Source: Macrostomum hystrix (Eukaryota; Animalia; Platyhelminthes). From it: a stretch of 64,000 bases of DNA. Positions 29,795 to 42,701 of the stretch are shown piece after piece. The translations under genes were made by a program, and so were the position numbers. The stretch spans positions 6,572,001-6,636,000 of the forward strand of contig CATNEN010000038.1 in NCBI GenBank assembly GCA_950097015.1, read 5' to 3'. Numbering within the stretch: the first letter of the stretch is position 1; the number at the start of each line of letters is the position of its first letter. The notes under the pieces were generated by a model. The model searched no databases. It saw nothing but the letters and a program-made list of their open reading frames with translations, and had not been told where the DNA came from.

Positions 29795-31025
29795 CACCCT
29801 CACCTCCCTGTCCCACTCTCACCTCTGTGTCCCACTCTCACCTCTGTGTCCCACTCTCTCCTCTGTGTCCCACTCTCTCCTCTGTGTGCCACTCTCTCCT
29901 CTGTGTCCCACTCTCACCTCCCTGTCCCACTCTCACCTCCGTGTCCCACTCTCACCTCCGTGTCCCACTCTCACCTCCGTGTCCCACTCTCACATATGTG
30001 TCCCACTCTCACCTCCCTGTCCCACTCTCTCCTCTGTGTCCCACTCTCTCCTCTGTGTCCCACTCTCTCCTCTGTGTGCCACTCTCTCCTGTGTCCAACT
30101 CTCTCCTCCCTGTCCCACTCTTACCTGTGTCCCACTCTCACCTCCGTGTCCCACTCTCACCTCCCTGTCCCACTCTCACATCTGTGTCCCACTCTCACAT
30201 CTGTGTCCCACTCTCTCCTCTGTGTCCCATTCTCACATCTGTGTCCCACTCTCACATCAGTGTCCCACTCTCACCTCCCTGTCCCACTCTCACCTCCGTG
30301 TCCCACTCTCTCCTCTGTGTCCCACTCTCTCCTCTGTGTGCCACTCTCTCCTCTGTGTGCCACTCTCTCCTCTGTGTCCCACTCTCTCCTCTGTGTGCCA
30401 CTCTCTCCTCTGTGTGCCACTCTCTCCTGTGTGTCCCACTCTCTCCTCTGTGTCCCACTCTCTCCTCTGTGTGCCACTCTCTCCTCTGTGTGCCACTCTC
30501 TCCTCTGTGTCCCACTCTCTCCTGTGTGTCCAACTCTCTCCTCTGTGTGCCACTCTCTCCTCCCTGTCCCACTCTTACCTGTGTCCCACTCTCACCTCCG
30601 TGTCCCACTCTCACCTCCCTGTCCCACTCTCACATTTGTGTCCCACTCTCACCTCCGTGTCCCACTCTCACCTCCGTGTCCCACTCTCTCCTCTGTGTCC
30701 CACTCTCTCCTCTGTGTGCCACTCTCTCCTGTGTGTCCAACTCTCTCCTCCCTGTCCCATTCTCACCTCCGTGTCCCACTCTAACCTCCCTGTCCCACTC
30801 TCACATCTGTGTCCCACTCTCACATCTGTGTCCCACTCTCTCCTCTGTGTCCCACTCTCACATCTGTGTCCCACTCTCACATCAGTGTCCCACTCTCTCC
30901 TCCCTGTCCCACTCTCACCTCCGTGTCCCACTCTCACATCTGTGTCCCACTCTCACATCTGTGTCCCACTCTCACCTCCCTGTCCCACTCTCACCTCCGT
31001 GTCCCACTCTCACATATGTGTCCCT
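29795..31025. repeat. Minisatellite, 19-bp unit CCCACTCTC(A/T)CCTCTGTGT
   Basis: Tandem periodicity. Confidence 0.97.
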
Positions 31026-31616
31026 CTTCCACCGTAATCTGCCGGCAAATATTTTCTTCGAAATAAGTAATACTTCAGTTTAATTTTGGTAATAAATTTC
31101 CCTCCAAATCGCGTCTGTCAAATCAGATAAATATGAGCGGTACATTTTCAATGCTCTCAGCTATATTTCAGAATTTGTCTTTACCCACTTGTTGGATTTT
31201 CGCTTGTCCATTTATCTCTTGATTCAGATCTCACAGTCGATTATCTCATTTATACCATCTCATCTCACCCAATGCACATACCTGAATAAGCTGCTTCCAA
31301 TTGCTGGGCATAATCCCACACTGGCATGCCGTTATCCCACGGGAAAGGCAGTTTCAGTCTGATTAATTATTTAGATTAATCATTTTGCTACATTGCACAT
31401 CTGTTCAATTCCTAGATATACTGCAGCTTGGCAATGTAGTCAAGGGGAACTATAAATTCTTTTACCTGGCGCAGTGGCTGTACGTAATATGACTGTTGCA
31501 GCTTTTACTTGCTGAGTTAATGAGCATGTATTGGACTGGGTTTTTATAAGATAACCCTCAGTAAGAGAAAATACATGTAGAACATTGGGTAGGTATGAAC
31601 AATAGTGTGTTAAGTT

Positions 31617-32331
31617 AGAGGGAGACCGGGTAGGGTGAGAGGGAGAATGGGTGGGGTGAGGAGACCGGGTGGGGTGAGAGGGAGAATGGGTGGGGTGAGG
31701 AGACCGGGTGGGGTGAGAAGGAGACAGGGTAGGTGGAGAGGGAGACCGGGTAGGGTGAGAGGGAGACTGGGTAGGTGGAGAGGGAGACAGGGTAGGGTGA
31801 GAAGGAGACAGGGTAGGTGGAGAGGGCATTGTGAGAGGGAGACAGGGTAGGGTGAGAAGGAGACAGGGTAGGTGGAGAGAGGGACAGGGTAGGGTGAGAA
31901 ATAAACCGGGTAGGGTGAGAGGGAGACCGGGTAGGGTGAGAAGGAGACCGGCTAAGGGTGAGAGGGAGACCGGCTAGGATGAGAGGGAGACCAGCTAGGG
32001 TGAGAAGGAGACAGGGTAGGGTGAGAGGGAGACCAGCTAGGGTGAGAAGGAGACAGGGTAGGGTGAGAAGGAGACCGGCTAGGGAGAGAGGGGGACAGGG
32101 TAGGGTGAGAAGGAGACAGGGTAGGGTGAGAAGGAGACCGGCTAGGGTGAGAAGGAGACCGGCTAGGGTGAGAGGGAGACCGGCTAGGGTGAGAGGGAGA
32201 CCGTCTAGGGTGAGAAGGAGACAGGGTAGGGTGAGAAGGAGACCGGCTAGGGTGAGAGGGGGACAGGGTATTGTGAGAGGGAGACAGGGTATTGTGAGAG
32301 GGAGACAGGGTATTGTGAGAGGGGGACAGGG
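31617..32331. repeat. G-rich minisatellite, 21-bp unit GGGTAGGGTGAGAAGGAGACA
   Basis: Tandem periodicity. Confidence 0.95.
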
Positions 32332-32559
32332 CTCTCTGTGTAAAACCAAACCGGGGATTGTTGACATAATTTCATCTAATGTTGATATTGTAATTCTGTA
32401 GCAACGCTGCAGGCTACAGATTCTTGGCCGAGGAACCGCGACACCCGCATTGTCTAGGTGTCAACAATCTGGCATTGTTAGCCTATGCGGTCTGTCAATC
32501 AACATTGAGAGATGTGTACGATAATAAAAAAATATTAAATAATAATTGGAGGAGGGAAA

Positions 32560-32630
32560 TAAATGTGGCCTCGCTGCGGAATCGAACTTAGGGACCTTGG
32601 TGCGAGAGACGAACCGCTCTGCCATCGACC
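32560..32630 (-). mobile_element. SINE head fragment (same family as 24705 and 59692)
   Basis: GTGGCCTCGCTGCGGAATCGAACTTAGGGACCTTGGTGCGAGAG matches 59891-59935. Confidence 0.7.
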
Positions 32631-32854
32631 TCCTGATATGGAAGATTGTTTAAAATTCAAATTGAATTCACTGAGATAGGCCTGTCTATTAAAACTGTAT
32701 CCATTGTTTTTCATTTTTGCTTAGAACATTTATAAAAAATACTGTCAAACAGATCCAATCATTTTACCTTCAGCGGGTACTTTTCAGCATCTAGCACTAT
32801 ATTTCGCCTGTCACTCCACACCTCTTAAATTATATACTGAACTCTGACACTCAA

Positions 32855-33120
32855 TTTCACTCTCCAACCCTCCCTGTCACTCTCCAACCCTCCCTGTCAC
32901 TCTCCAACCCTCCCTGTCACTCTCCAACCCTCCCTGTCACCCCCCAACCCTCCCTGTCACTCTCCGATCCTCTCTGTCACTCCCCAACCCTCCGTCACTC
33001 TCTGATCCTCCCTGTCACCCCCAACCCTCTCTGTCACTCTCCAACCCTCCCAGTCACTCTCCAAGTCTCCCAGTCACTCTCCAAGTCTCCCGGTCACTCT
33101 CCAATCTCATCTGTCACTCC
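32855..33120. repeat. Minisatellite, 20-bp unit TCTCCAACCCTCCCTGTCAC
   Basis: Tandem periodicity. Confidence 0.9.
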
Positions 33121-33469
33121 ACAAACCGTCCTGCTGTCACGCCGTCCTGAAATTTCCGAAAATGCCATTTCGCAGACAAATTTCTCGAAACGTATTTTCT
33201 ATTCCAAATCTGCATGCAAGATAGACAGCAAACGTGTTCTCCAAGGCTTATCGCCAAGTCAATTTAATTTATGCAAATTCAGGCAATGATATTTAAATTG
33301 CTTTGGCGAGAAACGTTTATTTATTATAGGAAATTTCCATAAGCAGACTTTTATCAAATAATATTTTGACTGTTATTCTGTCAAGAGAATACAGGCTCGA
33401 TTTTTGACATTGAACTGAAGTGCGTAGTCAATCAATTCCCAGAGATGAAAGGAGGAGAGACGACATACG

Positions 33470-34175
33470 AGAGAGAGATGAGACACGGAAGAGAGATACG
33501 ACACGGGGGAGAGATGAGACAGGGGGAGATGAGACATGGGAGAGATGAGACAGGGGGAGAGATGAGACAGGGGGAGAGATGAGACACGGGAGACATGAGA
33601 CACGGGGAGATGAGACAGGAGAGATGAGACAAGGGGAGATGAGACGGGGAGAGATGAGACAAGGGGAGATGAGACAGGAGGAGAGATGAGACAGGGGGAG
33701 AGATGAGACACGGGAGAGATGAGACATGGGAGAGATGAGACACGGGAGAGATGAGACAGGGGGAGAGATGAGACAGGGGAGAGATGAGACATGGGAGAGA
33801 TGAGACAGGGGGAGAGATGAGACACGGGAGAGATGAGACATGGGAGAGATGAGACAGGGGGAGAGATGAGACAGGGGGAGAGATGAGACACGGGAGACAT
33901 GAGACACGGGGAGATGAGACAGGAGAGATGAGACAAGGGGAGATGAGACGGGGAGAGATGAGACAAGGGGAGATGAGACAGGAGGAGAGATGAGACAGGG
34001 GGAGAGATGAGACACGGGAGAGATGAGACATGGGAGAGATGAGACACGGGAGAGATGAGACAGGGGGAGAGATGAGACAGGGGAGAGATGAGACAGGGGG
34101 AGAGATGAGACAAGGGGAGATGAGACAGGGGAGAGATGAGACAAGGGGAGATGAGACAGTGGAGAGATGAGACAC
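33470..34175. repeat. Purine-rich minisatellite, GAGATGAGACA(G)n, 14-17 bp
   Basis: Tandem periodicity with internal block duplication. Confidence 0.93.
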
Positions 34176-34268
34176 TGTAAGATTACTTTGAGCTATTCTT
34201 TGTGAGATCCCTCTGTTACATCCCTGATCTATATATATTCAGTCAGTCTGTCTGTTCAAACATTTCAG

Positions 34269-35865
34269 CAGCCGCCGTCACTCCTCGATCGTCCAGACGC
34301 TGGTCCTGGCCGCGGCGGCGCTGACGCTGCTGACAACAGGATTTTTCGGCTGCGCCCGAGCCATGCGGGTTGAACTTGAAGTCGAGCGGACGCCAAATTT
34401 AGAAGGTCAGCGGACTGACAAGACCCCAGTCCAAGGGACATGCATGCATACATGTAAGGGACGTGTCCGCCTATTCGTCATGTTTGAAATTCGTGACTGG
34501 ACAGACTTTTGGCAATTCAAAAGCATTCGCTGCTGTCAAATCCCAAGGGCTGTCTTGCAGTTTTGAAGGGCTTGAGGAATTTCAGAGATTGGAGACTTAT
34601 GAAACATTTGAGGGAGGGGAGATCAGGGAGAAAACAGAGGAGAGTAAAATCATGAGGAGAACTGGGATGGAGAAAAACTTGGTGAGAACAGAGCAGAGAA
34701 AAACTAGAGGATAACAAGGAGAAGAAAACAGGGGAAGAACAGAGGAGAAGAAAACGGGAGAGAACAGAGGAGGAGAAAACAGGGGAAGAACAGAGGAGAA
34801 GAAAACAGGGGAAGAACGGAGAAGGAGAAAACAGGGGAAGAACAGAAGAGGAGAAAACAGGGGAAGAACAGAGGAGGAGAAAACAGGGGAAGAACAGAGG
34901 AGGAGAAAACAGGGGAAGAACAGAGGAGGAAAAAACGGGAGAGAACAGAGGAGGAGAAAACAGGGGAAGAACAGAGGAGAAGAAAACAGGGGAAGAACAG
35001 AGGAGAAAAAAACGGGAGAGAACAGAGGAGGAGAAAACAGGGGAAGAACAGAGGAGAAAAAAATGGGAGAGAACAGAGGAGGAGAAAACAGGGGAAGAAC
35101 AGAGGAGAAGAAAACAGGGGAAGAACAGAGGAGAAGAAAACAGGGGAAGAACGGAGAAGGAGAAAACAGGTGAAGAACAGAGGAGAAAAAACGGGAGAGA
35201 ACAGAGGAGGAGAAAACAGGGGAAGAACAGAGGAGAAAAAAATGGGAGAGAACAGAGGAGGAGAAAACAGGGGAAGAACAGAGGAGAAGAAAACAGGGGA
35301 AGAACAGAGGAGAAGAAAACAGGGGAAGAACGGAGAAGGAGAAAACAGGTGAAGAACAGAGGAGAAAAAACGGGAGAGAACAGAGGAGGAGAAAACAGGG
35401 GAAGAACAGAGGAGGAGAAAACAGGGGAAGAACAGAGGAGAAAACAGGGGAAGAACAGAGGAGGAGAAAACAGGGGAAGAACAGAGGAGGGGAAAACAGG
35501 GGAAGAACAGAGGAGGAGAAAACAGGGGAGAGAACAGAGGAGGGGAAAACAGGGGAAGAACAGAGGAGGAGAAAACAGGGGAGAGAACAGAGGAGGAGAA
35601 AACAGCGGGGAGAATATGAACGGGATCAACGAACGATGGGGGTAAGAAAGAACATTGGGGAGAGCGGTAGGGGAAGATAATAGTAGAAGAGCATGTACGT
35701 GCAGTTGAGAAAAGAGAATGCTGGAGAACTAGCTTAGGAGAGCTTTACAATTTGGAACAGGAAAATCGTTCGCTAGAAGAAGTCAAAAGCATATAAAAAC
35801 TTGCCAACTGCCTCGCAGTGATCCGCCGCTCATCCACTGGAGCAGCCGGCGCATTCGGCAGCATT

Positions 35866-35896
<31 letters not shown>

Positions 35897-36087
35897 AGGT
35901 GATTACCTATTTCCCGTGCTCATACGGTGGCATTCCGTATCCCGTGTCCTGCGGTGCGGGCGCCGGGCCTCGGGTCTTCCGCTCCAAGAAGCGATTCCTG
36001 GTGTGCGTCTGCCTCTGCGCCGCCGACACCGCCGGCCCCAACTGCGTCCGAGCCGCGGCTTCGGCAGCTCCAAGCATCGCCCGCTGA
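34269..36087 (+). CDS. Small secreted Cys-rich (EGF-like variant) protein; exons 34269-34405 and 35819-36087, 5' exon uncertain
   Basis: TTTCAG acceptor; frame SRRHSSIVQTLVLAAAALTLLTTGFFGCARA (signal peptide) MRVELEVERTPNLE. Donor at 34406 joins acceptor CTCGCAG at 35818 in phase 1. Then V|IRR...FPCSYGGIPYPVSC...VCVCLCAADTAGPNC (6 Cys). Confidence 0.6.
34715..35610. repeat. Purine-rich minisatellite, ~26-27-bp unit GAGGAGGAGAAAACAGGGGAAGAACA
   Basis: Tandem periodicity; lies in the intron of the secreted-protein gene. Confidence 0.93.
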
Positions 36088-36344
36088 GGCGGCAGACATC
36101 TTTGCCGTCTCTTCTCTTTTCATTGCTGTCCGAAGTTTTAATAATTACGAGCACAGCCCCAGCTATTATTCAAAGGCGCAAACTGCGTTGGCTAATATAA
36201 TTTGCACAGAGAAAACAACCAGGGGACACAAAATGCCTGCCTAGTGCAATTACAGCCTTTATTGCCTTTTCTATTGTCATCGACAATATCTGTTGTTCTG
36301 TGCGTCATTGATTGCTTAATTTAATACTGGCCTTCTCGATTCTC

Positions 36345-37200
36345 CATACCCCATTCGCTACTCCCCTAACCCATTCTCCACTCTCCCTACCCCATACTCC
36401 ACTCTCCCTATACCATTACTCCACTCTCCCTATACCATTACTCCACTCTCCCTACACCATTACTCCACTCTCCCTATACCATTACACCACTCTCCCTACG
36501 CCATACTCCACTCTCCCTACACCATTACTCCACTCTCCCTATACCATTACTCCACTCTCCCTATACCATTACTCCACTCTCCCTATACCATTACTCCACT
36601 CTCCCTATACCATTACACCACTCTCCCTACGCCATACTCCACTCTCCCTACACCATTACTCCACTCTCCCTATACCATTACACCACTCTCCCTACGCCAT
36701 ACTCCACTCTCCCTACACCATTACTCCACTCTCCCTATACCATTACTCCACTCTCCCTATACCATTACTCCACTCTCCCTATACCATTACTCCACTCTCC
36801 CTATACCATTACTCCACTCTCCCTATACCATTACTCCACTCTCCCTATACCATTACTCCACTCTCCCTATACCATTACTCCACTCTCCCTATACCATTAC
36901 TCCACTCTCCCTACACCATTACTCCACTCTCCCTACACCATACTCCACTCTCCCTATACCATTACACCACTCTCCCTACGCCATACTCCACTCTCCCTTA
37001 CCCCATAATCCACTCTCCCTACACCATACTCCACTCTCCCTTACCCCAAAATCCACTCTCCATACACCATACTCCACTCTCCCTAACCCATTCTCCACTC
37101 TCCCTATACCATTACTCCACTCTCCCTTACCCCATAATCCACTCTCCCTACACCATACTCCACTCTCCCTTACCCCATACTCCACTCTCCCTATCCCATT
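36345..37200. repeat. Minisatellite, 22-bp unit TCCACTCTCCCTATACCATTAC
   Basis: Tandem periodicity. Confidence 0.95.
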
Positions 37201-37554
37201 CTCTACCTCACTGTATATTGATTACATTAAATCCAGGGTAGAATATTCACCTGAGAACTGGGGTTAATCCTTGCGGCTATGACTGACACCTGAACTACCA
37301 ACTACAGGCACTTTCACTTGATCGCAGCTTATACACACGCATGCGCAGCGTTATTGAGGGTCAAAACGTACAATTAAACCTACATAAATTCAGGTCTAAG
37401 AATCGACAAGAATATGAAATCAACCGCTTTAGTTTTATATATCAAATTTTACCTGCCTTACATGCAGTATTAAACTAATCCAGACAAATCTGAAACATAA
37501 ACACCTATTTTCTAAACGTAGGCAACGATGAGAAGGGAATTGAAAAGAGATGAT

Positions 37555-40400
37555 GGGAGTGACGAGAGGAATGAGAGTGACAAGAGGAGTGGGTGAGTGA
37601 CAAGAGGAGTGGATGAGTGACAAGAGGAATGGGAGTGACAATAGGAGTGAGCGAGTGACAAGAGGAGTGGGTGAGTGACAAGAGGAGTGAGCGAGTGACA
37701 AGAGGAGTGGGTGAGTGACAAGAGGAGTGGGTGAGTGACAAGAGAAGTGGGTGAGTGACAAAAGGAGTGGGTGAGTGACAAGAGGAGTGGTTGAGTGACA
37801 AGAGGAGTGGGTGAGTGACAAGAGGAGTGGGTGAGTGACAAGAGGAGTGAGCGAGTGACAAGAGGAGTTGGTGAGTGACAAGAGGAGCGGGTGAGTGACA
37901 AGAGGAGTGAGCGAGTGACAAGAGGAGTGGGTGAGTGACAAGAGGAGTGAGCGAGTGACAAGAGGAGTGGGTGAGTGACAAGAGGAGCGGGTGAGTGACA
38001 AGAGGAGTGGGTGAGTGACAAGAGGAGTGGTTGAGTGACAAGAGGAGTGGGTGAGTGACAAGAGGAGTGGGTGAGTGACAAGAGGAGTGAGCGAGTGACA
38101 AGAGGAGTGGGTGAGTGACAAGAGGAGTGGGTGAGTGACAAGAGGAGTGGGTGAGTGACAAGAGGAGTGGTTGAGTGACAAGAGGAGTGGGTGAGTGACA
38201 AGAGGAGTGGGTGAGTGACAAGAGGAGTGAGCGAGTGACAAGAGGAGTGGGTGAGTGACAAGAGGAGTGGGTGAGTGACAAGAGAAGTGGGCGAGTGACA
38301 AGAGGAGTGGGCGAGTGACAAGAGGAGTGGGTGAGTGACAAGAGGAGTGGGTGAGTGACAAGAGAAGTGGGCGAGTGACAAGAGGAGTGGGCGAGTGACA
38401 AGAGAAGTGGGCGAGTGACAAGAGGAGTGAGCGAGTGACAAGAGGAGTGGGTGAGTGACAAGAGGAGTGGGTGAGTGACAAGAGAAGTGGGCGAGTGACA
38501 AGAGGAGTGAGCGAGTGACAAGAGGAGTGAGCGAGTGACAAGAGGAGTGGGTGAGTGACAAGAGGAGTGGGTGAGTGACAAGAGAAGTGGGCGAGTGACA
38601 AGAGGAGTGAGCGAGTGACAAGAGGAGTGAGCGAGTGACAAGAGGAGTGGGTGAGTGACAAGAGGAGCGGGTGAGTGACAAGAGGAGTGAGCGAGTGACA
38701 AGAGGAGTGGGTGAGTGACAAGAGGAGTGAGCGAGTGACAAGAGGAGTGGGTGAGTGACAAGAGGAGTGGGTGAGTGACAAGAGGAGTGGGTGAGTGACA
38801 AGAGGAGTGGTTGAGTGACAAGAGGAGTGGGTGAGTGACAAGAGAAGTGGGCGAGAGACAAGAGGAGTGGGTGAGTGACAAGAGAAGTGGGCGAGAGACA
38901 AGAGGAGTGGGTGAGTGACAAGAGGAGTGGGTGAGTGACAAGAGAAGTGGGCGAGTGACAAGAGGAGTGAGCGAGTGACAAGAGGAGTGGGTGAGTGACA
39001 AGAGGAGTGGGTGAGTGACAAGAGGAGTGAGCGAGTGACAAGAGGAGTGGGTGAGTGACAAGAGGAGCGGGTGAGTGACAAGAGGAGTGAGCGAGTGACA
39101 AGAGGAGTGGGTGAGTGACAAGAGGAGTGGGTGAGTGACAAGAGGAGTGGGTGAGTGACAAGAGGAGCGGGTGAGTGACAAGAGGAGTGGGTGAGTGACA
39201 AGAGGAGCGGGTGAGTGACAAGAGGAGTGGTTGAGTGACAAGAGGAGTGGGTGAGTGACAAGAGGAGTGGGTGAGTGACAAGAGGAGTGAGCGAGTGACA
39301 AGAGGAGTGGGTGAGTGACAAGAGGAGTGGGTGAGTGACAAGAGGAGTGAGCGAGTGACAAGAGGAGTGGGCGAGAGACAAGAGGAGTGGGTGAGTGACA
39401 AGAGGAGTGGGTGAGTGACAAGAGGAGTGAGCGAGTGACAAGAGGAGTGGGTGAGTGACAAGAGGAGCGGGTGAGTGACAAGAGGAGTGAGCGAGTGACA
39501 AGAGGAGTGGGTGAGTGACAAGAGGAGTGGGTGAGTGACAAGAGGAGTGAGCGAGTGACAAGAGGAGTGGGTGAGTGACAAGAGGAGTGAGCGAGTGACA
39601 AGAGGAGTGGGTGAGTGACAAGAGGAGTGGGTGAGTGACAAGAGGAGTGGGTGAGTGACAAGAGAAGTGGGCGAGTGACAAGAGGAGTGAGCGAGTGACA
39701 AGAGGAGTGGGTGAGTGACAAGAGGAGCGGGTGAGTGACAAGAGGAGTGAGCGAGTGACAAGAGGAGTGGGTGAGTGACAAGAGGAGTGAGCGAGTGACA
39801 AGAGGAGTGGGTGAGTGACAAGAGGAGTGGGTGAGTGACAAGAGGAGTGGGTGAGTGACAAGAGGAGTGGTTGAGTGACAAGAGGAGTGGGTGAGTGACA
39901 AGAGAAGTGGGCGAGAGACAAGAGGAGTGGGTGAGTGACAAGAGGAGTGGGTGAGTGACAAGAGAAGTGGGCGAGTGACAAGAGGAGTGAGCGAGTGACA
40001 AGAGGAGTGAGCGAGTGACAAGAGGAGTGGGCGAGAGACAAGAGGAGTGGGTGAGTGACAAGAGAAGTGGGCCAGTGACAAGAGGAGTGAGCGAGTGACA
40101 AGAGGAGTGGGTGAGTGACAAGAGGAGCGGGTGAGTGACAAGAGGAGTGAGCGAGTGACAAGAGGAGTGGGTGAGTGACAAGAGGAGTGGGTGAGTGACA
40201 AGAGGAGTGGGTGAGTGACAAGAGGAGTGGGTGAGTGACAAGAGGAGTGGGTGAGTGACAAGAGGAGTGAGCGAGTGACAAGAGGAGTGGGTGAGTGACA
40301 AGAGGAGTGGTTGAGTGACAAGAGGAGTGGGTGAGTGACAAGAGGAGCGGGTGAGTGACAAGAGGAGTGAGCGAGTGACAAGAGGAGTGGGTGAGTGACA
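37555..40400. repeat. Minisatellite, 20-bp unit GAGTGACAAGAGGAGTGGGT, ~140 copies
   Basis: Strict 20-bp register from ~37730 to 40400. Confidence 0.98.
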
Positions 40401-40654
40401 GTTGGAATTAGTAAGATACTTGCAGGCAAATAGGTTTCTTGAACATGCTTATAAAGCTAATCAGGAAAATTTAACTGTAGCAATGGTAAGTGAAGAATTT
40501 GTTTATATTTATTATATATTTATACCTGATAAAAAGGTTACAAACTGAAAATACTGGATTACACTGGGTCGTGTTAAACACCATGAAACTGATGCATAAT
40601 TCAATTGCTATCAAATAGCAAGGGAAGTCAACCAACTGTTCTAGTTATATGGAG

Positions 40655-41670
40655 AGACACCTGTTAGACACATGGTCACACCTTTCAGACACAGGATCAC
40701 ACCTGTTAGACACATGGTCACACCTGTTGGACACTTGGTCACACCTGTTAGACATATGGTCACACCTGTAAGACACATGGTCACACCTGTAAGACACATG
40801 GTCACACCTGTAAGACACATGGTCACACCTGTAAGACACATGGTCACACCTTTCAGACACAGGATCACACCTGTTTGACATATGGTCACACCTGTTAGAC
40901 ATATGGTCACACCTGTTAGACATATGGTCACACCTGTTAGACCCTGGTCACACCTGTTAGACATATGGTCACACCTGTTAGACCCTGGTCACACCTGTTA
41001 GACATATGGTCACACCTGTAAGACACCTGGTCACACCTGTTGGACACTTGGTCACACCTGTTAGACATATGGTCACACCTGTAAGACACATGGTCACACC
41101 TGTAAGACACATGGTCACACCTGTTGGACACTTGGTCACACCTGTTAGACATATGGTCACACCTGTTAGACATATGGTCACACCTGTTAGACATATGGTC
41201 ACACGTGTAAGACACCTGGTCACACCTGTTGGACACTTGGTCACACCTGTTAGACATATGGTCACACCTGTAAGACACATGGTCACACCTGTAAGACACA
41301 TGGTCACACCTGTTGGACACTTGGTCACACCTGTTAGACACATGGTCACACCTGTAAGACACATGGTCACACCTGTAAGACACATGGTCACACCTGTAAG
41401 ACACATGGTCACACCTGTAAGACACATGGTCACACCTTTCAGACACAGGATCACACCTGTTAGACATATGGTCACACCTGTTAGACCCTGGTCACACCTG
41501 TTAGACATATGGTCACACCTGTAAGACACCTGGTCACACCTGTAAGACACATGGTAACACCTGTTGGACACATAGTCACACCTGTTAGACACATGGTCAC
41601 ACCTTTCAGACACAGGGTCACACCTGTTAGACACAGAGCCACACCTGTTAGACACAGGGTCACACCTGTT
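40655..41670. repeat. Minisatellite, 21-bp unit GGTCACACCTGTTAGACACAT
   Basis: Tandem periodicity. Confidence 0.96.
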
Positions 41671-42329
41671 GAACACATATACACACATGTAAATAAGGTA
41701 TCGAGTATTAGGTTCGATAACCAGTTGAATAAAAAATCAAATTTGATTATCAATGGAATGTGACGAAAGCAATGGAATTGAATGAACAATTGTTAACAAA
41801 CTAAAATAGGCGCATTAAAAAAGTGCACAGTAAAACAAAAATGTTAGAGATCTAGATGAACTCAGTTATAACCAATAAAAGAATGCATAGATTGTAAAAA
41901 TTCAGATTCTGAGGTCTTGTTCCCGCTATTCCACGATTATGGAAAATGGTAGCAAAAGAAATAAATAAACTCTAAGTACATATTAGTAAGCAATCATTTA
42001 ATTGAAACTATAATAATATATCTAAAGACAAAAAACTGCAACTGCAACAGTTTTTAGTAGCGTGGTTGGAGAAAAAGAAAAAATATCTAGCAACCATTGT
42101 GCAACTATGAGATATGACTTATTAATGCAGAACATAAACCATACTGAAAATACGAGTATAAACAAAATGTAAGTAATTTTAGGAAATGATATTCAGGCAG
42201 GCAGATAGCTCCTTAACATAAAAATTACGCGTCTATGCACCAGAACAAATGTATATATAAATATGTGTAACTATACATGTTAATCTGTTAGACACAAGGA
42301 CGGTTAAAATGTAAGAGGCAGATGGTGTA

Positions 42330-42665
42330 AATGTTAGACATGGGACTGCAACATGTTAGACATGGGCCACAGTAACATGTTAGACATGGGGACTGTAACA
42401 TGTTAGACATGGGGACTGTAACATGTTAGACATAGGGACTGTAACATGTTAGACATGGGTTACAGTAACATGTTAGACATGGGGACTGTAACATGTTAGA
42501 CATGGGGACTGTAACATGTTAGACATGGGCCACAGTAACATGTTAGACATGGGGACTGTAACATGTTAGACATGGAAACTGTAACATGTTAGACGTGGAG
42601 ACTGTGACAGTTAGTCATGGCAACTGTAACATTTTGAACATCATGACTGTAACATGTTAGACACT
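42330..42665. repeat. Minisatellite, ~23-bp unit GACTGTAACATGTTAGACATGGG
   Basis: Tandem periodicity directly 3' of the TRIM stop; contains the palindrome TAACATGTTA. Confidence 0.92.
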
Positions 42666-42701
42666 CGAAGTCTTCTGTTAGACACGGAACACGAGAAAAC
42701 C

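Noticed and set aside
28000-31083. Long SHS/CENE/VPLS-type ORFs
   Set aside because: They are translations of the 21- and 19-bp arrays, open in multiple frames and on both strands.
37435-40429. Three ~950-aa minus-strand ORFs
   Set aside because: All three frames are open because the 20-mer has no stop codons; this is a repeat artefact.
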